Assembly: GCF_963921235.1 (NCBI RefSeq)
Contig: NC_086108.1
Coordinates: 7,936,001 to 8,000,000 of the forward strand
From: Mobula hypostoma
Lineage: Eukaryota
Direction: 5' to 3'
Length of the DNA stretch: 64,000 nucleotides
The notes below the pieces were generated by a model. That model was not told where the DNA came from and searched no databases. It saw only the letters and a list, made by a program, of their open reading frames with translations. Every line of letters begins with the position of its first letter. The first letter of the stretch is position 1. A program made the position numbers and the translations under genes. Positions 35,635 to 47,680 of this stretch are shown here, in pieces.

Positions 35635-37209
35635 TCTGTGGCTGTTCAAGGTGCCTTTTGCCCTGGCTCCACCACTAGCACTAGCCTTCTGTCCAGGATG
35701 CTTTGAACCTTTCTTGCTAGTGCGAGGTTTAATCTTATGGACAGTAGCGGACCTGCTGTCTGCAGCTGTACTGAATGCTCGTAGGTGTGATTCAGCCATT
35801 TCTGTGCTTTCACAGATGTCAATGCAGTCACTGAGCAATAGCCTTCTCTCTTGTAACTGACGTTTCTGCTTTGGGAGACGTTAATACCCATATGATCTTG
35901 TCTCTCAACAGACTGTCTGACATACACAAGCAAAAATTACATGTCTTTGCAAGAGATCTAAGGCTGGCAAGAAACTATTCAAAGGTCTCACCTTGTTCTT
36001 GTTGCTGCTTGTTGAACAAGTACCGTTCATAAGTCTCATTTTTCTCACCAATAACATATCTGTCAAATGCAGCTAAAACCTTTCTGAGGTCTTGGCCTTC
36101 AGCCTCATCTGCGAATGCTAAACTGTGGTAGACCTCAAGTCCTGATGGTCCAATTGTCTGTAAAAATAATGCCATCTGGTGTGCTGGAACTTGTTTGGGC
36201 AGCTGTGCTACGATGCTGTAGTTAGTCCACATCTGCCACCATGTCTTCCATCGGTCTATCACTCTGCAGTTGACCGTCACGGCCGGTGGCCAGCGGATGC
36301 CGCTGACTGGGGGAGGACTTCTGCCCCGACCATGGTTCCCCGGCACGGGGTCGCCCGCGGGTGCTGGGTGCCACTGAGATTCTGCTGTCTCACCTCCAGG
36401 CATTGCTACTGCACCCGTCTCTATTTGTGGCCGGCTCCTCGTCTCGGTCGACATTTTTACTCTTACACTCACCCTCCGATGTTTCAGAGTTGTGCTATTA
36501 CCATGCTGCCAACTGCAAGTTGACAACATTGGGCGCTGCGGTTGAAAAAAGCAATTTTCCGAGCCCCACCGCTGCCACCATGTTTTGAGACAGAGTTTTC
36601 AGATAAAAACAACAGCGCATGCGCACCAACTTTATTCGTCTGCTCACGAGTGCATGTACAAGTATAGCATAACAAAGGGATATGTTTACATCTTACCAAA
36701 TCAGGGAAGATTGTGCTGGGGAGCGGGGAGAGGCAGATGGCAAGTGTCACCACAATTTTGGCACCAACCAAGCATGTCCACAACTCACTAACCCTAATCC
36801 GTACATCTTTGGAATGTGGGAGGGAACGGGAGTATCCGGAGGCAACCCGAAGGGTCAGGGGGAAAACGTACAAACTCTCTACAGCCGGCAGCAGGAATTG
36901 AACCTCGACGTTACAACTGCTGTCGTAAATTGTTATGCTCTTTGTGTGTAGATTTTCATTGATTCCATTGTATTTCCTTGTTCTTCTGTGAATGCCTGCA
37001 GGAAAATGAATCTCAGGGTTGTATTTGGTGACACAATGTACTTTGATAATAAATTTGAAGTTTGAACTACTACGTTACCATGCCTCCCCATAAATTTATT
37101 ACTTCGCTGCAGGATGAAGAACCCCTGCTTGTCCTAACTCCTCCATTAGCTCAAGCCCTCCTGTGCAGACAACATTCCTACGAATGGTACATTATTTAGT
37201 TACATCCTT

Positions 37210-37835
37210 AGCAATTCAAAATTCAAAGTAAATTTATTATCGAAGTATATTTATATCACCATACGCAACCCTGAATCATTTTCCTGTGGGCAAACTCAAT
37301 AAATCTATAGAATGGTAACCATAGCAGAATCAGTGAAAGATTGCCTAACTGGGGCGTTCAACCAGAGTGCAGATGACAGCAAAAATAAAGAAATAATATT
37401 CATAAATAAATAAGCAATAAATATTGAGAACATAGGAAATATTGGGTCCTTGAAAATGAGCCCACTGGTTGCAGGACCATTTCAATGATGAGGCAAGTGA
37501 AGTTGTTCCTTTGATTCAACAGCCTGATGGCTGAGGGGTAATAACTTTTCCTGAATCTGGTGGTGTGAGTCCTGAGGCTCCTGTGTCTTTATCGTCATGG
37601 CAGCAGTGAGAAGAGAGCGTGACCTGAGTGCTGGGGATCACTAATAATGGATGTTGCTTTCCTGGGACAGTGTACGGTGTAGATGTGCTCAGAGGTAGGA
37701 CGGGCTTTCACCATGACGGACTGGGCTGTATCTACTACCTTTTGTAAGATTTTCTGTTCAAGGGCATTGATGCTTCCATACCAGGCTGTGATGCAGCCAG
37801 TCAATACACTCTCCACTACACCCCCACAGAAGTTT
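37210..37835 (-). mobile_element. Rex1/Babar-like LINE 3' part (mirror copy ~57808-58433)
   Basis: ESVLTGCITAWYGS...HSGHALFSLLP and 3' UTR with tttgaa tail. Confidence 0.8.
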
Positions 37836-38736
37836 CACACAATTCACACAATGCCAAGTGTCAGGAGTATCCTGACCTACTTATCCATCAGTCTGTCAGC
37901 ACTTGATAAACACAATCGGTTTTTCGGTTCCAGTCGTCAAACAGTGAAACACGAAGGAATATGCTGAAAGATTATTCCGACCAAGAGGTCACACTGTCTG
38001 TCCCTGACTCCCCCTGGCAAAGACTTCCTCTCTAAACTGGAATTCATCGCCATGGACGGCTGTGGAGGCCAAGTCATTGGGTATATTTAAAGCAGAGGCT
38101 GAGAGTTTCTTGATCAGTCAGGGTGTCAAAGGCTATGAGGAGAAAGCAAGAGAATGGGGCTGAGAGGCAAAATAAATCAGCCAGGATGGAATGGCAGAGC
38201 AGATGAAATAGCCAAATTTTGCTCCTATGGCTCTCTTTAAACAGAGAATGGTGAAACTGTGGAATCCTTTGTCCCAGGCAGCTATGGAGGCCAAGTCGAT
38301 ATGCATATACATGGCAGAGATTGATATATTCTTGATTGGTCAGGGCATGAAGGGATACGGGGAGAAGGCAGGAGATCGGGGCTGAGAGGGAAATGGATCA
38401 GTCATGATGAAATGGCAGAGCAGACTCGATGGGCCAAATGCCTAATTCTGCTTCTATATCTCATGGTCTTATGGAAACAGGAATAATGGGGAGGAGCTAT
38501 CTGAGAGAAAGGTAGGGTGGTGGTACTGTTATTACCTTGGATTTCCATATCATCCTTGCTCTGTCACAAAATAAAGCACAATTTCAATCCACAGAAGAAC
38601 AGCTCATTCCCAACCAGAAGTTCTCAATGTTCTTCAAAACGAGTCAGTATTTTGGAGAGACTATCAATACTTTACTCAAACTCTACCATTGGAAGACAAA
38701 CAACGAAGGTCAGCTGATCAACCAATCCCAATCCCA

Positions 38737-39626
38737 AACACGAGAAGTTCTGGAGATGCTGGAAATCCAGAGGGATGTGCACAAAATGCTGAAGGATCTC
38801 TGCAGGCCGGGCTGCATCCATGGAAATGAATATAGCAATCGACATTTTGGGCTAGGAAGACACCAGAATTAAAAGATAGGGGATGGGGAAGGAGGATAGC
38901 TAGAAGCTGATAGGTGAAACCATTTGGGTGGGAAAGGTCGAGGGATGGAGAGGAAGGAATCTGATAGGGGAGGAGAGTGTTTCATTGGAGAAAGGGATGG
39001 AGGGGAGGACCCAGGGGGAGGTGATAGGCAGGTGAGAAGAGGTAAGGGGCCAGAGTGGGGAATAGAAGAAGAGGGGAAGGGGAGGGATTTCTTTTTATCA
39101 GAAGGAGAAATCGATATTCGTGCCATCAAGTTGGAGACTACTCAGATGGCCTCATTTTGGCACAAGAGTGGGCTACGTTGGAGCAGGAATGGGAATTGAA
39201 ATTAAAATATTTGGCTTTTGGCAGATGGAGCAGGGGTACTCAATGAAGCTGTCCCTCAACTTATGACGGGTCTCACAAATGTAGAGGAGGCCACGTTGGG
39301 AGCACTGGACACAATAGACAACCCCAGCAGGTGCGCTCCTGTTGCCTCACCTGGAAGGACCATTTGGGGCACTGAACAGAGGTGAATTGGGAGATGTAGC
39401 ATTGTGACCACTTGCAGGGGTAAGCGCTGGGAGGGAGATGAGTGGGGAGGGCTGAATGGGCAAGGGAATAAAGGAGGTAGTGATCCCTGCAGAGAATGGA
39501 GAGATGTGGGGCGGAGGGGGAGGGGGAGGTAAGATGTGTTCAGTGGTGCGATCCTGCTGAGGATGATGGAAGTTGTGGAGGATGATGTGTTGGATGTGGC
39601 AGGTCATGGGGTGGTAGGTTGAGACA
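38737..39626 (-). mobile_element. Penelope-like element 3' part, truncated at the duplication breakpoint
   Basis: GIY-YIG remnant GVVYCVQCSQRGLLYICETR; pseudo-LTR module at ~38740-38855; the longer copy is at ~55945-56906. Confidence 0.8.
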
Positions 39627-39847
39627 TTTTTACTCTTACACTCACCCTCCGATGTTTCAGAGTTGTGCTATTACCATGCTGCCAACTGCAAGTTGACAAC
39701 ATCGGGCGCTGCGGTTGAAAAAAGCAATTTTCCGAGCCCCACCGCTGCCACCATGTTTCGAGATAGATATTTCAGATAAAAACAATGGCGCATGCGCACC
39801 AACTTTAATCATCTGCTCATGAATGCATGCACAAGTATAGCATAACA
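39623..39847 (-). mobile_element. Third copy of the 94-bp Gypsy LTR (39754-39847) with PBS and 5' leader
   Basis: Matches 36450-36674; followed by aagg and the continuation of the CR1 3' end that was interrupted at 30462. Confidence 0.92.
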
Positions 39848-40959
39848 AAGGGATACGGGGAGAAGGCAGGAGAATTGGGGCTGAGAGGGAAATGGATCAG
39901 CCATGATGAAATGGTGGAGCAGACTCGATGGGCCAAATGGCCTAATTCTGCTCCTATATCTTATGGTCTCTTGAGAGCCACATTGTATCCAGTTTCCCAC
40001 CAACTCTTGCAGCGTGTTACAGGCATGTAGCATGCTCTGTGGGGGAAAAAATCTCCTTTAAACATTCAGCCTCTCCCCTTAAATCAATACCTTGTAGTTT
40101 GACATTCGTACAATGCAGAAAAAATTATGATTAACTACCCTATGTCTCTCATAACTTTTGTACACTTCTACCTCCCCACAACCTTTGATGCCTCAGAGAA
40201 AACAACCCCATGTTTGTCCAGCCTTTCCTTATGGTAGAGTCATAGAGACGTAGTAAACTACAGTAATGAAACATGATTTATGATGGCTAATGTGCCAAAA
40301 GCTCTCCTATCTGCCTGCGATGCCACTTTCAATGAATTATGGGCCTGTATTCCCAGATCCCTTTGTTCTATTGCATTCCCCAGTGCCCTACCGTTCACTG
40401 CATAAGACCTACTCTGGTTGGTCCTACCAAAGTGCAACACCTCCTACTTGTCTGCATTAAATTCCATGTGACCATTAAAAAGCCTCTTGAAAGCCACTAT
40501 TGTATTCATTCTCACTAGGGTGTACAGGCACATCGCATGCTTTGTGTGGGGAAAAAAATCATCTTCAAACCTCCACCCCCCCTCACCTTAAACCTATACC
40601 ATAAGACCATAAGACAAAGGAGCAGAAGTTGGCCATTCGGCCTATCGAGTCTGCTCCGCCATTTTATCATGAGCTGATCCATTCTCCCATTTAGTCCCAC
40701 TCCCCCTTCTTCTATTTGATACTTCTACGAAGGAAAAAATATTTTGATTAACTGTCCTCTCATAATCTTGTAAACTTCTATCTCCTCTCAGCCTCTGACA
40801 CTTCAGAGAAAACAGCCCTTGCTGTCTAGACCTTCCCCGTGGCTCATACTCTCTAATCCAGGCAGCATCCTGGTGAACCTCTTCTGCCTCCCGGGGCAAC
40901 GTGGTATCATTGAGGTCAGCTTTATAACACCAGTGATCAGAGATTCAGGTTCAATTTAG

Positions 40960-41445
40960 TTTTATTTTATTTCGAGATACAGCACAGTAACAAGCCATTT
41001 GCGCCCATTGAACCCTCGTGACTAATCAACCTCCTCACCTGTGGGCCTTTGGACCGTGGCAGGAAACGAGAGCACCTGGAGGACACCCACGTGGTCATGA
41101 GGAGAACATACAGAACTCTTCGCAGACAGCAGCGGAATGGAACCTGGCTCATTGGTGCTTTAATAGTGTTACGCTAACCACTACACTTCCCCGCCCGCCT
41201 ACCTCTGCCGCAGTCTGTCAGTTCTCACCCTGACAGTGCGTGTTTCTTATAGGTGCTCCAGTTTCCTCACACATTCAAAATGTTCGGGTTAGGGTTAGTG
41301 AGTTACGGACATCTTGTGTCGGAGCCAGAAACATTGATACTTGCAGGCTGCCACCAGCAAGTTCTCAGTCTGCGTTAATCATTGTGCAAATGACACATTT
41401 CACTGTACATTTTGATGTACACATGACAAATAAAGCTAATCTCGT
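40960..41445. mobile_element. Two tRNA-derived V-domain SINE fragments in opposite orientation
   Basis: Core ggtgctcc(a/g)gtttcctc..ac..tc.aaa on minus (~40975-41190) and plus (~41200-41445) strands. Confidence 0.6.
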
Positions 41446-41854
41446 TCATCTCTGCTCTCACTTTCTCCAAAGCATGCACATCGTCCCTGTAATGGGGCGA
41501 GCCAAACTGAACACAATACTTCCAATGTAGCCCAAACCTACATTTGATACAGTTACGTCAAGTCTTCCTGACTCCTAATCAATGTCCCAGTTGTCCTATC
41601 ACAAGCAGAAAAATAAATTAGGCCCAGATCCTTTGGATTTTATGGGAGGAGGCGTGCTGTCAGTGAAACACAGATCCTGAGGAAACATGGCGGGGCAGAT
41701 GTTGAGATGTTTCCACCATCGGGAGAGTCTTATACAATGGATGAAGTTACAAGGTCAGAAGGGAGGACTAAAACCTGGGGTCCAAAAGAACGTTGTGTCA
41801 CAAAGCACCAAACTCAAAGTATTATCTTATTATGCACCTGCTATGGTATACTTG

Positions 41855-42270
41855 GGTGGCGGGGTGGAAATGCATCTCTACCAAAGGAGGTGCAAGGCGC
41901 TCCTCCCCTCTGTTAGCCTGCAGGTCACCCTTGGGCAAGGAATCAGCTTAGACTCCCCGACCAGGGTCAAGTGAAGCCATGGGAGCAGGTGGTGGATGGT
42001 TGTACGAGAAGCCAGTGCATATCACAAGTCCTGGTTATGTGACCACTGACGCCAGGCAGACAATCTCTGAAGAGAATTGATAATGGCTTGGGGGGAGGGG
42101 TGTTGCGGGGTGTGGGGGGAATCACCTGTCTTGTAAAAACCCTGCCTAGAAGAAGGCAATGGCAAACCATGTTGGTAGAAAAATTTGCCCAGAGCAATAA
42201 TGCTCATGCAAAGACCATGATTGCCCGCATCATATGACATGGCATATAATGATGATGATGATGATGATGA
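41855..42270 (+). mobile_element. Non-autonomous RTE-related SINE-like element
   Basis: gaagaaggcaatggcaaacca motif and (atg)n tail; paralogous to 9455-9848 and 47197-47568. Confidence 0.65.
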
Positions 42271-42439
42271 ATTTTTCAATCTGCCAAGATAAAGAAGCTG
42301 CAGGGGTTCAGCTACAGAATGCACTGCTGTTTCTGCCTACACTTGTAACAGCATCTCCCAAAGCTGCAACCTCTCCTACTGAAAACAGCAGAGTCATGGG
42401 AACATCACTCTCCAACTCACACAATAAATAACTCTATAC

Positions 42440-43000
42440 TAACTTCAGATTCATTTTCTTGAGGACATTTACAGGAAAATAAAGAAATACAAAAGAATTT
42501 ATGAAATCTATAAATCAAGACTGACAAACAATGTGCAGAAGAAGAAAAATTGTGCAAATAAATACATAAATAATGCTGAGAACGAGAGTTGTCAAGCCCT
42601 TGAAAGTGAGCCTGTAGGTTGTGAAATCAATTCAGAGTTGAGTGAAGTTATCCACACTGGTTCAGGAGCCTGATGGTTGTGGGGTAATAACAGTTCCTGA
42701 ACCTGGTGGTGTGGGACCTGAGGCTTCAGTATCTCCTGCCTGATGGTAGTAGCGAGAAGAGAGCATAGTTGGATGGTGGAGAGTCCTTGATGATGGATGC
42801 TGCTTTTTTGTGGCTCATTGCAGATGTGTTCAATGGTGGGGAGGGCTTTTCCTATGATGTGCTGGGCTGCATCCACCAATTTCGATAGCCTTTTCCATTT
42901 CTGGACATTGGTGTTTCCATACCAGGCTGGGATGAAACCAATTAGGATGCTCTCCACTGTGCAACAATAGAAGTTTGTCAAAGTTTTAGGTGGCACACCC
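42440..43000 (-). mobile_element. Rex1/Babar-like LINE 3' part (monomeric relative of the 95-bp array)
   Basis: KTLTNFYCCTVESILIGFIPAWYG...; contains a single copy of the array unit. Confidence 0.82.
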
Positions 43001-43660
43001 AAAGGGTGCTGGATCTCTGGGCCTCTCCCTGTGAGCCCTAGGGTGCTCCTGTTCCTTCCCACATCCCAAACACATGCAGGACTGAAGAGTAACTTGCCTC
43101 TGTAAGTTTCCCCAGGTGTGTGTGGGTGAGAGGCGGAATCTGGAAATGTGGGGGATCGGTGCTAATGGGTGGTTGGTGGCTAGTATGGGAGGTGTGCCAA
43201 AGGGCCTGTTTCTGTGCTCTTTGTAAAACTGGGCACAGATCTCCTTGTCCTGCCCCTCATTCTCTTCCCCTCTCACTGCCCTCTTTCTCTCCCACTCTTC
43301 CAGATTCTCCCCTCCACCATCAGACAGGGGCTAAACCCACCCACAGGGTCCTACCCCCTCCCCACTTATTGCCCTCATCAGGAGAAGTCAGAGCGCCTCT
43401 CCTGGAGGAGCCTGAGACCCTGAGCTGAACCAAAGCCCCCACACCCACCCCCCCATGCCTGCAGACTAGGGGCGATCAGAGGTAGAGTGGAAGGGCAATG
43501 CTCAGAGTCAAGGTCGGTGGGTCGAGGGCAGAAAGCCAACACAAGAACAGAACACTTAAGCTGATCTGAAATTTGACGGAAACAGGTTTGAATTTGATTT
43601 CTTGCTCCCATGCCCATAACGGACACATGGTCTGGTGTAGAGGACTTCGCCTCATATCCC

Positions 43661-43792
43661 TCAGATTGTGTTCTGGTTGGTGTTGACGGGCGCCGCTCTC
43701 CGGGCCAAATAGCCAGCATGGTTGACCCCGTTCCTCTGCTCTGTCTCTTGGTAGCCCCTCCTCATCGTTGTTGTCAGGTAATCGAATAAATT
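43661..43792 (-). CDS. GbX: Globin X terminal coding exon (exon 5): NLFDYLTTTMRRGYQETEQRNGVNHAGYLARRAAPVNTNQNTI*
   Basis: Branch point/acceptor ctaactgctgcttctttgcgtacag; phase 0; open 132 bp to TGA; H-helix pattern xLFxYxTxxMxxG plus C-terminal extension as in vertebrate GbX; splices in frame to the upstream exon. Confidence 0.85.
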   Translation of the reverse strand, partial: NLFDYLTTTMRRGYQETEQRNGVNHAGYLARRAAPVNTNQNTI

Positions 43793-43911
43793 CTGTACGC
43801 AAAGAAGCAGCAGTTAGACCGTATCCGGGGAAGAATTCACCCCTCCAGTCCCACTCTCTTCCCCCCCAATACCCCTCCGAAACCCATTTCCTCATCCCAC
43901 CCACCCTAAAG

Positions 43912-44552
43912 TCTGTGGTGAGGAAGGCAAATGCAACGTTAACATTCATTTCGAGAGGACAAGAATATAAAAGCAAGGATGTAATGTTGAGGCTTTATAA
44001 AGCACTGGTGGTGCCTCACTTGGAGTTTTGTGAGCCGTTTTGGGCCCCTTATCTTAGAAAGGATGTGCTGAAACTGGGAGGGTTCAAAGGAGATTCACAA
44101 AGATGATTCCAGGTTTGAATGGCTTGTCACATGAAGAGCGTCTGATGGTTCTGGAATTCAGAAGAATGAGGGGTGACCTCATTGAAACCTACAGAGTGGT
44201 AAAAGGCCTTGATAGAATGGATGTGAAGAGGATGTTTTCTAAAGTGGCAGAGTCTGGACCAGAGGAAACAGCCTTTGAATAAAGGATTGTTCTTTTGGTA
44301 TAGTGATAAGGAGGAATTTCTTTAGCCAGAAAGTGGTGAATCTGTGGAATTTGTTGCTACAGGCAGCTGTGGAGGCCAAGTTATTGGGTATATTTAAGGC
44401 AGAGGTTGACAGATTCTTGATTGGTTGGGGCAGGAAGGGGTACAGGAGTAGAGGGGGGCAGGAGTTTGGTGCTGAGAGAGAAATTGGATCAGCCATGATG
44501 AAATGGCAGAGAAGACTCGATGGACCAAAAGGCCTAATTCTGCTCCTATATC
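43912..44552 (+). mobile_element. CR1 LINE 3' part (GbX last intron)
   Basis: KANATLTFISRG...PHLEFCEPFWAP and [15 protein letters not shown]1 3' UTR. Confidence 0.88.
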
Positions 44553-45812
44553 TCAGCAAGGACCTGGACCCATTGCAATTTGCCTATTGCCACAATAGGC
44601 CAATGGCAGACACAATCTCAATGGCTCTTCACAAGGCCTTAGACCACCTGGACGACACAAACACCTATGTCAGGATGCTGTTCATCGACTATAGCTCAGC
44701 ATTTAATACCATCATTCCCACAATCCTGATTGAGAAGTTACAGAACCTGGGCCTCTGTACCTCCATCTGCAATTGGATCTTTGACTTCCTAACCGGAAGA
44801 CCACAATCTGTGCGGATTGGTGATAACATCTCCTCCTCGCTGGTAATCAACACTGGCGCACCTCAGGGGTGTGTGCTTAGCTCCCTGCTTTACTCTCTCT
44901 ATACCCATGACTGTGTGGCTAGGCATAGCTCAAATACCGTCTATAAATTTGTTGATGATACAACCATTGTTAGTAGAATCTCAGGTGGTGACGAGAGCAT
45001 GTACAAGAGTGAGATATGCCAACTAGTGAAGTGGTGCCACAGTAACAACCTGGCACTCAACATCAGTAAGATGAACGAGCTGATTGTGGACTTCAGGAAG
45101 GGTAAGACGAAGGAACACATACCAATCCTCATAGAGGGATCTGTAGAGGAGAGAGTGAGCAGCTTCAAGTTCCTGGGTGTCAAGATCTCTGAGGATCTAA
45201 CTTGGTCCCAACACATCGATGTAGTTATAAAGAAGGCAAGACATCGACTATACATCATTAGGAGTTTGATGAGATTTGGCATGTCAACAAATACACTCAA
45301 AAACTTATATAGATGTACCGTGGAGAGCATTCTGACAGGCTGCATCACTGTCTGGTATGGAGGGGCTACTGCACAGGACCGAAAGAAGCTGTAGAGGGTT
45401 GTAAATTTAGTCGGCTCCATCTTGGGTACTAGCCTACAAAGTACCCAGGACATCTTCAAGGAGCGGTGTCTCAGAAAGGCAGCGTCTATTATTAAGGACC
45501 TCCAGCACCCAGGGCATGTCCTTTTCTGCAGGAGGTACAGGAGCCTGATAGGCACACACTCGGCGATTCAGGAACAGCTTCTTCCCCTCTGCCATCCGAT
45601 TCCTAAATGGACATTGAACCCATGAACACTCCCTCAATTTTTAATATATATTATGTTTTTGCATGATTTTTAATCTATTCAATATATGTATACTGTAATT
45701 TATTTATTATTATTATTTTTTCTCTTCTATATTATGTATTGCATTGAACTGCTGCTGCTAAGTTAACAAATTTCATGACACATGCCGGTGAAAATAAACC
45801 TGATTCTGATCT
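44553..45812 (+). mobile_element. Rex1/Babar LINE RT to 3' end
   Basis: [45 protein letters not shown]; ends aataaacctgattctgat. Confidence 0.93.
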
Positions 45813-46039
45813 TATGGTGTATTCCCCACCCCACCTCCTCTGCAGCAGCTACACCTTCCCCAACACCCTCCATGGACTTTGTCTACATCAGGAAAGGACC
45901 CCTCCCACCCCATTAATTCAAAACCCCTTCCCAATGGGAAGAGGGTACAATAGGTTGAGAATATGTTCCGTCAGGCTCAAGGGTAGCTTCTACCCTGCTG
46001 CCGGCAAGCTCACGAACAGATCTCCCTCTGTGCATACAT

Positions 46040-46735
46040 GGTTCCTCCGTAAGTGCACCAAGACCTGGGAGTTCACATCATGGACGACCTCACCTGGTCC
46101 CTCAAAATCATCTCCCTGAACAAGAGGAACAGCATTGCCTTCACTTCCTGAGGAGATTTGGCAAGGTTCCCCCACTCCATCTTGACTGAATTTTACAGGA
46201 GCACCATTGAGAGCATCCTGACAAGCTACATTTCTATCTGGTCTGGGGGCGGAAGAGCATCAGACCGGAAGTCTCTACAAAGGACTGTGAGAACGGCTAT
46301 GAGGATCATAGGGGTCTCCCTACCATCCGTTGGGGACATTTATCAGGAGCACTGCCTATTATCAATGATCCCACCCATCCATCCAGCATCTTCTGGCACT
46401 CTACCATCAGGTACGAGACTCTGATGCATAAAGACAAGAACGGTCAGGATGGGGAGCAGTTTCTTCCTTCAGGCCGTTAGGCTTCTGAACTCCCTGCCAC
46501 ATCAAGTTCGAAGTGTCACCGGATAATTTGTACTGTACCATATAATCTTTAATTTATGTACTTTACTTTGTTTATTTATGTGTAATTCATCTGTAGATGT
46601 AATTCTTACTTTCCTAAGTTATTGTGTGTTATGTGTAATACTGTGCTTTACACCCTGGTTTGGAGAAACGTTGTCTTGTTTGATGGTATACATGTATATA
46701 GTTAAATGACAATAAACTTGACTTGACTTGACTTG
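46040..46735 (+). mobile_element. Rex1-like LINE 3' part with (acttg)n tail
   Basis: EFYRSTIESILTSYISIW; aataaacttgacttgacttgac. Confidence 0.8.
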
Positions 46736-46859
46736 AGATCACTCATATGTTACGAGATATACTCTTGAATTCAGTCTATCTCATTGGGACACTTGCACCT
46801 TATTGTCTGCACTGCACTTTCACCGGTATTCATGACAGTGTTGTCATATCGTCTGGTTT

Positions 46860-47680
46860 GGAGGGGCCATTGCAGAAAGCTGCAGAGTGTTGTAAACTCA
46901 GTCAGCTCCACCATGGGCACCAGTCTCCCCAGGATCGAGGACACCTTCAAAGGGGGGTGCCTCAAGAAAGTGACATCTATTGTTCAGGACCCCAATAGTC
47001 AGAACGTGGCCTCTTCTCATTGCTACCATAACGGAGGAGGTTCAGGAACCTGAAGACATTCTCTCAATGTCCTAGGAACAGTTTCTTCCCCTCTGCCAAC
47101 AGATTCCTGAATGGACAACGAAACCATGAACACTACCTCCCCGGCTTTGCTTTCTTTTTGCTCTACTTATTTAATTTATATATCTACTTCTTATTTGGGT
47201 GGCGGCATGGAGATACATCTCTGCCAAAGGAGGTGTAAGGTACTTCTTCTCTCCGTTCGTTTGCAAGTCACCTTTGGGCAAGATGTAGCACCTGCTTAAC
47301 CCCTCCCCCCAGCCCGATCAAGTTGAAGCCATGGGATGGTGTTGGATGGTCGTACGAACAGCTGGTGCACCTCGCAAGTCCTGGTTATGTGACCACTGGC
47401 ACCAGGCAGGCAATCCCTGAAGGGTATTAATGGGCTGGGGTCACCCGTCTTGTAAGTATACTGCCCAGAAGAAGCCAATGGCAAACCACTTCGCCAGGAA
47501 AATTTGACAAGAACAATCATGGTCAAAGACCATGATTGTCCACATCATACGGCACAGCAATGATGATGTTATTTCTCATTATAATTTATAGAATACTTTA
47601 TGTATTGCACTGTACATTTGCCACAAAATAACTAATTTTATGACATATCTCAGTGATAATAAACCTGATTCTGGTTCTGG
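46860..47680 (+). mobile_element. Rex1-like 3' fragment with a nested RTE-related SINE-like element (47197-47568)
   Basis: RKLQSVVNSVSSTMGTSLP; tail aataaacctgattctggttctgg; the insert carries caatggcaaaccacttc. Confidence 0.7.

Larger units (their letters stand above)
30463..36674 (-). mobile_element. Mag-like Gypsy LTR retrotransposon (decayed gag-PR-RT-RNaseH-IN), 94-bp LTRs
   Basis: LTRs 36581-36674 and 30463-30556 (TGTT..AACA); PBS tggtggcagcggtggg (tRNA-Leu); PPT aagaaggggga; flanking aagg on both sides; gag CKYCGTEH, PR VDSGAS, RT CVSDD, RNase H, integrase H..H..CDIC; several stops and frameshifts. Confidence 0.93.
31861..39626. repeat. Left arm of a ~7.8-kb near-identical inverted duplication
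   Basis: Mirrored ORFs with coordinate sums of 95643 (inner part) and 95692 (outer part), e.g. 35975-36529 vs 59114-59668 and 32241-33218 vs 62474-63451. Confidence 0.97.

Noticed and set aside
44303..45394. 363-aa ORF as a host gene or intact LINE
   Set aside because: CR1 3' end read through into a 5'-truncated Rex1 RT with a degenerate catalytic motif and a premature stop.
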